From: Strigamia acuminata | Lineage: Eukaryota | NCBI GenBank assembly: GCA_949358305.1 | Contig: OX442314.1 | Span: 19,840,001-19,904,000 of the forward strand | Direction: 5' to 3' | Length of the DNA stretch: 64,000 nucleotides | Notes under the pieces: model-generated | Seen by the model: the letters and a program-made list of their open reading frames with translations, nothing else | The model's database searches: none | Told to the model about the DNA's origin: nothing | Program-made: the position numbers and the translations under genes | Shown here: positions 55,330-64,000 of the stretch, piece after piece | Layout of the letters: every line of letters starts with the position of its first letter | How positions within the stretch are numbered: position 1 is the first letter of the stretch

Positions 55330-58300
55330 CTTGTTGGTTCCTATTCGGTTCCACAAAGATTTCGAATGTCCAAGTAATGAAAACACACGTTGTAACGGGA
55401 ACATAAAATAACACGTCTTTACTTTACGGTAAATTTTACAACAATTCAATTGCACGTGCATTACGTGCGTGCAACGTTCACACATTTGATAACGTTAAAA
55501 CCTTTGATAATTTGTAACAATAGATTAAATCTAACATTAATTACATGTATATTCCCTTAGTTGAAACCGCTAAAATCAAACCAAAATTCATTAAATAAAT
55601 TTAATTTAAAAGTACACTTCAATTTTTATTTTTAAATTTGTCTTTTAAACCTCATAAATTTCCGAGCCCATAATTCTGTTAATTATCACAATTAATCCCC
55701 CTTTCTTCTAATATTAAGTTAACAATACACTAATAAACGAACAACTAATGTTCGGCATTCCCTTAATGCCCCGAATCCAGTTGAATCCTCTTTTAATTCC
55801 CACAAAGACTGAACTCAACATTCAACAATGGAGACGATAACTTAATTGAAGAAAATGATTACCAACAGAGACGAACCAAATGGATTAAACTAGAATTGTC
55901 TCGACAGCCGGCAGGAAATTGGGAAAAGTTACGACGTCAAGATTAAATATGGGCGGCAAATAGCACTGGACGATAACCACAAGAGTGCGGATTGCAAAAA
56001 AGATGATGGTTGCACTCGAGAATAGAGTGAAATGAGATCGTGCGCCATATCTTGGACTGTGGAGTTGGTAAATCGAATTTCAACTTGAGTGCAGCTCAAT
56101 TGGAGAGTGTAATTTGAAAGTTGGAGCCACTTTTCAATTTCCGTTGCTTGTGCGAATCTCCTTTGAACCCTGCACAACATCGCACACAGCTTTTTACCTC
56201 ACAACATTTACTTTTCTCTTGCATCTTGCACTACAAATATTGTGCGAGGGGCTTATCATCGCCTTAAACTCACTATAACACTAATATTATTACTTCTACT
56301 ATCGCTATTATATGGATTAAGACTCGGTGCGAGTGTGGGCTGATTATTATTACAAGGTGCACCGAAAAAGTAAAAGCATATTCTTTACTAAATTACAGTA
56401 ATAGCATTTACAATTGACGTTCAGACGCATTTTAGCGGCCCCTTTTCACTACGCCGCGTTTCAAAGTAAGTTTGGACAAAGAAATCGACGTCATAAAGTG
56501 ACTTTTTAGGTTAGGGATCACTTTTCGACCCACTTTACGACTTTTTAACGAGTGTGTGTGACATATTTGCACTTAACATGTGAAGACTTAGTGTTATTCG
56601 AGCAGTTTTGGATGACTTGCAACACAAAGTGTTTTCTGTACAGCTAAAAAACACGTTTTTTAAAATTAATAAAGCAAATTTCAATCCTCTAAAGGCTAGT
56701 TTACATTGGAGCAAAGCGACAGGAAATCCACGCATGGAATGGCACGCATGGATATTGACATGCATAAGGGAATTCAATTTACTGAGGCGTACACGCGAAG
56801 CTTACATCTTTGTTTGTTCGCTTTATTCTTTTTCTTCCATTTTTAATTCTTTAAAATCTTATCTGCCACTCACGTGCCAACAACTGCTTCGGTAAGCGAG
56901 TCTCGATAAATATTAGAAAACCGCGCACTGTATTAGAATTTAAAGTAATAAAAACAAACAAAAAATCATTAACTTCCAGCCAAAACACTAAAATCGATTA
57001 TCATCAAAACATTTCCTTACGTAAATAGTTAAGCCCAATTCTACAACCTGAACTCCAATCTATTTATATAAAAAAAAATACCATTTTAAACGTTATTAGA
57101 TTGTTCCTACCGTTGCAATAGCAGATAGGGGTAATTCTTTTGGGACAAACGTCAACAAGGCCGTCGAAGAATAAAGAACAGTAAGATGCGTGCGTGATGT
57201 ACCAATTGACGACCACAGATATTTGCAATGTTGTATAATTAATATTTCAAATTCCAAAACCCAAATAGTAAATCAAAATTATAGATTATTCTCAAATGAC
57301 CTATTAAAGACCACGGAATATCCATAAATCAAACCATAAACTTATCACAGATTTAAAATATTCATAGCTAACCGTGTGTATTAAGTATTGACACCATAAT
57401 TACCTTAATTACCACCACCATCTTTAATCCCAGCTTAAAAGTCAATGCAGAAATCCCAACCATAAATCAAACAAATCAAATTAAACCCAACAATTTTATA
57501 AAATCACATTTATTTCATGTTCACTTAGAATACATCTTTATCCAGATTTCGAGCCATATTTAACGTATTCCTAGGCGTATTTTATCACCTGTTTCTATCG
57601 CTGCTCACTCCACAAGTTGCATTTGCACCTGATTTATTTCCTCACCATAGCCCACTCCTCTTCATACCTTAACGTGACCGCCGAGGATTAGAAGCTGGAG
57701 GAGGAATGCGAGCTCAACTTTCCTCAGAGACGCGATTACTCATTAATTTAGGGCCTTTTACTTCCATCCACTTGTTTTATAACCGCACTCTTATATAAAT
57801 TTTAAATGAATTTTTAATGTCGTCATGATGACTTATTTACGCTTAATAACATTTTAGCTAGTTGAAGCACGTGATAAAAACGATGAGTCAAATGTCGGTT
57901 GCGTTCTAATATTTCTTCTGGTGAAATGTTTCGGAAATTGCCATAATTTGTCAGAGCTGCGAGATTGAAGCTGGAACAGGTGAATTAATCAGCTCAAGCT
58001 CGCTAATTAAGAACGATTTCATAAGGTTATCGAAAGCCGCCTTGAGAACTAATCATCGGGTTGGGTAAACATTGGATATATACTGATTTTGTTTAAGAAA
58101 ATTAAGTTTAATAAAACGGGCAATAATAATCGAAAATCCTTGAAATAAAAAGTAGTCTAAAAAAAAATTAATATTGACATTTTCGAACATCCTTTCAATC
58201 AAAGAGAAAGCACGCGCTCTGGTCTCTCCAACTAAATATTTACTCAGCTGAAATGTTTCCATCTTAATCAATTATGTAAAAAAAAAAAATTTAAATTTGT

Positions 58301-59532
58301 TTTGGAAGTGTGATACATAAAAAGAACGTAAAACTTAATGTTTTTTTTCCAAGTGCATTTCAAAAATACATAAAACATTAAATTCAAAAATAAGTAAAAG
58401 GCTGGCGAGAAAAAAGAAATAATGCAACGAACAAATTGACTAATTAACGCCCAGTTGTGTAGAAAAATAATTTTTAGTTTTTGCTTATTAAAACGTTTTT
58501 TTAATACAAGAATATGATTGATGTATGTCAATCGCAGTACGCTGTGATCACTTGATAAAGCTGAATGGCCAATGAAGTTTGAAAGCGAGTTAAATCTGTT
58601 ATTTAGATTTCAACGCCCTCAATGTAGTTCCTTTCTGACAAAATGAAAACAATACTTATGTTCACTCTATTAGATTAGATTTCCGAGTTTGGTTAAATAT
58701 GAAGATGTTTGTCTCTTTAAAAATTACCATGATTTTTAATTCCAAACTTATTCCCCTGTTTTTCAATCTTAAATATATTCAAACATTAATTGCCAAAGTT
58801 AGCGAGGAAATGCAGTTAAACTGATTGAATTTCAAATTGGTCTTGACGATAAAGAATTTAATTATCATGGCTAATTTCTAAAGAGAACTCGTGCACGCAT
58901 GAATCACATAACTTTCAACCACTTTTTCCTTTAATATTAAAAAAATATATATGTAGAAAAAATAAGGAGGATTATTTCTACATTTACCGACGTTATTTTA
59001 TTTTGGCAAAAACTTTTTCATATCAAGGAATCAAGTTTAATTAAACTGTCGGCACATGCATCAAAGCACATCTCAGAAAAATGATGAATATTGATTTTAA
59101 CTACAAAGTAAAATAAATGCTTTGTAAACACTATAATGGTTTTAATCCAACAAATTAAATTATACAGCAAGTTACAAGTCTTTTATGTAACTAAAAGTAA
59201 ACCTATTATAAAAACAAAAAAAAGAAGAAAGAAAAGAAAAGAAAAAAAACTTTTCTTATATTTTCATCCTCGTAATATTTTTTTTGTCCAAAAAATTGTC
59301 CGGCTGATAAATTCTGAAAAGGTTCTTTCATGCTATTTTTCTCCTACTTTCCCTTTTTCAACAGCCTTCGCTATCAATTTCCCATTCAGCCTATTCTTAA
59401 CCCTCACAATAGTATCAGCTGTGTAATAAATGGGTAGAAAACCACTACACAAAACAAATAATACAAATAAACCTTGAAAAATTTCAATTCTGAAAAATTG
59501 ATCAAAGAAAAAAAAATTGATTTTCTGTAAAA

Positions 59533-59570
<38 letters not shown>

Positions 59571-60181
59571 GAAAAAGGAAGAAAAAAAAATTATTGATTG
59601 AAATCAGTTTGCGTCTAGTTGACATTCTTTCTCCTTTAAACGACATCATTTTAAAGGCCAGTTTAAAATCAATCAGGATGCAGGTGACGTGATTTTCAAC
59701 ACTAACGGGTCCCTCTGAAACGTGAGCATCCGAAGACCCACTTGGCTCTTTGGTGACCCACTGGGAGTACCTAAATTCTTCTTTTCTACGAACCATCTTG
59801 TCGTTATTCGAGAATCTAAGGCAAGCAGTTCCCTCAAGAGAATCATTTGTTACCTGGACGCAACGTTCGGCAAGTGTGTAATGTAACTCACAAAAATTTT
59901 AAAGTCAAATAGAGAAGAAAAGCAAATCTATTCCCAAACTAAATTTATATGGCCAGAGAAAATACATGTAATCCACACTTGGCAAACAACTTACCAACCT
60001 ACACAAATTGCGAGCCAATATTTGGAATAAGAATTTGTTTCTTTCTATTATTGAATACAAACGCAAACACATGTTGTCTGAGCAGTGGTCAATGGACCAG
60101 AATAGCCCTGCAATCAATGCTATTCTTATTAAAAATCAAAATCTTGCATGTTTAAAACCAATTATATTTGTATGTACAAGA

Positions 60182-60510
60182 TACAAGACAAGTAAAAAGT
60201 ATAGGCCCCTTGAATTAAGTGTGAAAAGACTGAATATACGTTACATTGAAAAGACTAAAAAAGCTCTCCAGTCTTACCCTTGACTTTGTCGTTGAAAGTC
60301 ATCTTCATTATTTAAATTAGTAACTCTAATACCGCCACAGAAATAAAAAAATTTCAAATTAAAAAGTTGAAGAACACTCAAACTCTAACTTAAACAACAC
60401 TGAAAACCAGGCGCATTCAATAAAGAATTAACACAACACGAGAATAAGCGGCATAAGATAATCGTGTTGGGGTTTATTAGATGTGCCTATTGTTTTAACT
60501 CACCCCTGTA
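60182..60510. mobile_element. Possible decayed Tc1-like MITE
   Basis: Right end GCCTATTGTTTTAACTCACCCCTGTA with a weakly matching left end TACAAGACAAGTAAAAAGTATAGGC; an internal 25-bp word is shared with 47150-47174. Confidence 0.3.
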
Positions 60511-63500
60511 CATAAGTAGCCTATTATTTAATGTTGAAATTATTTCAATGTAAGATTTCATATATTTGACCTCTATGGTAGTAAGCAGAAGATTTATTTT
60601 TGCTCCAGCCCGTGCTATCCAAAACGAAGCTCTGAAGACTGGCTAAAATGAAAACGATTTTCCAATAACCCGATTTAGTCGAATTCCCATCGAACAGTTT
60701 ATTTTACAATAAAAATTAAAATCGACCAATTATAACCGTAATTTAATAAACATTAGTCAAGATTGCTCCACTGTAATTTGTCAATTATTCAACATCAATG
60801 TATAAGCGCATCGTATATTTAAAAATTAAAATTTTAATTGTAAAATATTAAAATGACATTAAAACTGGAAATCTCCTTAAATAATTAAAAATAAGATAGT
60901 TGTTAGCACTCAACTATTCATTTAATCCGTACAAATAAAATGAATGCAAAATTATTTCACTTGACACAACCCCTTTAAAATCAATTAACGTATTAAAACT
61001 TTTGTTGTTGATTACTCTAATGAACCATTCACATGGGATCATTGAACACTAGATACCGATTTATGGATCAGCCTCCGGTTTGATTAATTAGCTCTCAGGT
61101 GTTAACACAAACCATTACACACGAACACGTATTATCCGAGAATGGATTTACTCTTTCAGCACCATTCCATCCAAGTGGAGGTTAAAATTCCATTTTTGAT
61201 CTTAAATCGCCCTTTTTATTCATTCTTACCACTCATCAAATCCGACTCCAGATTAAATAAAAATTCCAATTTCAACTAAAAAACCATTCACATCTCATCC
61301 TACCACATGTTTCCAAGCATCACACCCCAATCGCAAAACGAGTAAAAACCTCCATTACTGCCACTAGAGGTATGCGAAGAATGGCTACAAATAACAAAGC
61401 CGTCAATCATAAGCTTAAAAAAGAATATTGTCTACATAGTGTAAAACTCAAATTCCAATCAATAGCTGTGGTATTCCATATACTCGAGGCGATTCTTTCA
61501 ATTACCATGTATTTATTTATATAATTGAAATAAATATAGGTAAATAAATCAATCAATAAATAAAAATCAAGTGAACACTTGAACAGATGCAATCTTGCCC
61601 GTTTTATTATGAATTTTCAAGTGGCCTATTTTTCTTGACTTATCTAATCGAATGAACCATAATGTTATCATTCTATTTCTGCCATTTAAGGTCGTATTGC
61701 TGCAAGCGGCCAATCACTACAGGCCCAATGCGTTGCGTTACTCTTTTATTAACGGATTCTAAGAACATCTTATTTATATAAAAAAAAAAAACTTTCAATC
61801 TAAAAAAATAAATGAGTTTCCACTTCATTTTTCGATATCGTTTGTGATATTGAACTCTATTCCCTTCATAAATCAATCCCAAAACATAATAAAAGAAAAA
61901 AAAAGAATAAAGAAAACTTCCAATGCGATGAAACTACTGATATTGGCCGTTAAACACGCAGAGCTTTAAGTTTTTTTTTTTTATTAAATTATAAACTAAT
62001 AAAACGACGCAAATAAACAAATTTTATTATCTTCCAATAGTTTCTATTTTCGCAATAAAATTTTTTTTTTAAATTTTCTTTTGATTGCTGAGCTAATCCA
62101 ACGTCTTTTTCCAATAATGAAAAATAAAATTTCATTAAAAGAGCTTGCAAAAACAAATAAAATGCGCACAACGTAGAATCGTGATCATTTTCTCCAATTG
62201 GCAGAAATTCTTACTTTACTAAAAAAAAGTTTTTCTTCATTCAAATTTTCTCGCCATTTTTTTTTTTTTTTTTTTAAATTGTGGATTTTGGTTTTTATTT
62301 ATGTTTCGCCCAACAAAAAACAAAAAAGTTAAGTCTCTAATAAATAAAGGCAGGTTTGAACGGCGAGATTTACAGATCTATCAGATGCCGGCTCGCTTCA
62401 ATTTCCTTCAGGTTTAAGCGTAAAATTTTATTGCCTTTTTCACTTTACGAGGTTGTTAATATGGCGCAGAAAACGATTTACAACCCAAATGCGTATTGGA
62501 AAAGAAATGGAGAATTAACAATCACCTCACTGAAAAATCTATAAAAATAAAACGACCAAGTTCAATAGGGATGAACCTGATCGATTTGAGAACGTAATTT
62601 CATTTCATTATCGGAATGCGTTAAAAATTGGAATGTCATGACAAGGTTTCTCTTTGAGAAAATAAAAAATGTAAAATTTTCCATTTACTCCCCTCCTTAA
62701 AAAAAAATCTTTTTACAAAATAAATATTATATTAAATGATTACAAAAAAACCCTTCATGGACATGATATATGGTTTCATCTGCAAGCTGATAAATGCCTC
62801 GAAAGAGAAGACAAGCTGAAGGAAAAAGAAAAGTCTAGTTTTTCTTATCAAGACTTACCACACCACCCGAATATGGCCCGTTCTTGGGACAAAATCTACC
62901 GAAAAGCTTTTTTCTTACACCCTGGAATATGTCATTGCCAACTTTACAAGTCTATATCCTTATTAAAAACCCAAAATAAAAAATAAATGCAAATAAATAA
63001 ACTAATATTAAAAAAAAGTAAAAACAACATTTCTTTTTGTTATTCTTCCTGTGAATTTTTCATTAAAACCACAAATACCACCACGAACAAAAAAAAAAAT
63101 CCCTTCAGTTTGACTGTTTTAAGTCTACCTATCAAGTGGCATACAAATCCATTGAGAATCAATGACATCAGTCCTGGCCCGGTCTCTTTGACTCCGGAAA
63201 ATGTAATCACTGTCTTGTCTTGACCAGGCAATTGATGTACTGCAGAGAAGTTTTTTTTTTATCCAAGAGCGTACGTATTAAATCCAGTCTTGATTCTCGA
63301 CTTAATAAACATTTTTCCGTTTCAAGCTGTCAAAACATTCAATTAATCAACTCCAGATTCAATACCAACTGAAGAGAGTGTGTTCAATAAATGAGTTGTC
63401 TTCCAACTTAAATTGTAATTAGAAGAAACCAGATCTAACCCACCTTTAAACACGCACACAGTCAACTTAAAAGAAAAGCCGAGCTCTTGAAACTTATTCC

Positions 63501-64000
63501 TTAAAACTTTACACACCTTCGGTGCCTGTTTTAAAAGAATAACATTTGGCTAAGTCGTCGGGGAGTTTCGGCATAAGAACACGGAATTTAATTAGATTCT
63601 AAGAAAACTTAAGATTAATTCAACGCAGTTGCTTTGATGCTGACTCACAAGAGGGTTCCGTTAAACACAATAGAAAAACAAAATAAGTGACACGGTATAG
63701 CAATCAGTTGCAAGATGTAGGTAGAACTGAGTGCAAGCAAGTTGTTTTTCTTATTTACGATTGCGACAGGTTGGAAGCTGTCTTATCTACTGCAGGTATA
63801 TTGCAAGTTTGCTTTGTAAACAGCTGTAATTTGAAAGACGAAACGTTCGCGTACTGTGTTGACTTCGCTGATGACTTGCCTTCATCGTTATGGATGTTTA
63901 CCTGCCTAAACGAGCAGAAGAAATAAATTAGGGTAGAAAAAAAGAAGTAAAATCCCGCTAAAAGTTTCGATTAGAAGATTGCTTATTGGATAAATAGCCT

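Larger units (their letters stand above)
50779..55536 (-). mobile_element. Full-length Ty1/copia LTR retrotransposon
   Basis: 205-bp LTRs at 50779-50983 and 55332-55536 (TG..CA, identical by eye), 5-bp TSD TTAAT (50774-50778, 55537-55541), PPT AAGGAGGG before the 3' LTR, PBS after the 5' LTR. Confidence 0.97.

Overview
AT-rich eukaryotic DNA with short GT-AG introns, most consistent with an invertebrate animal; no prokaryotic features or CRISPR. 1-15.1 kb is a tandem cluster of four 3-exon short-pentraxin (CRP/SAP-like) genes on the + strand: one cut by the window edge, one pseudogene, and two intact 231-aa paralogues made by a tandem duplication. The cluster also holds a complete young BEL/Pao LTR retrotransposon (identical 304-bp LTRs, tRNA-Phe PBS) and at least eight non-autonomous TIR elements. 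One of these is a foldback element carrying a 17-bp palindromic GGTACC array, inserted in a pentraxin exon. The rest is gene-poor: a decayed CR1-like LINE with nested hAT MITEs (34.9-39.3 kb), a two-exon gene for an unrecognised 125-aa secreted protein (43.95-44.40 kb), a complete young Ty1/copia element (50.8-55.5 kb) and scattered MITE/SINE relics. Best leads: divergence of the pentraxin calcium-site residues, three TA-inserting MITEs sharing TACTCTG ends (two with paralogous empty sites in the window), a nascent satellite inside one of them, and the orphan secreted protein. All calls are by eye; no database search was run.
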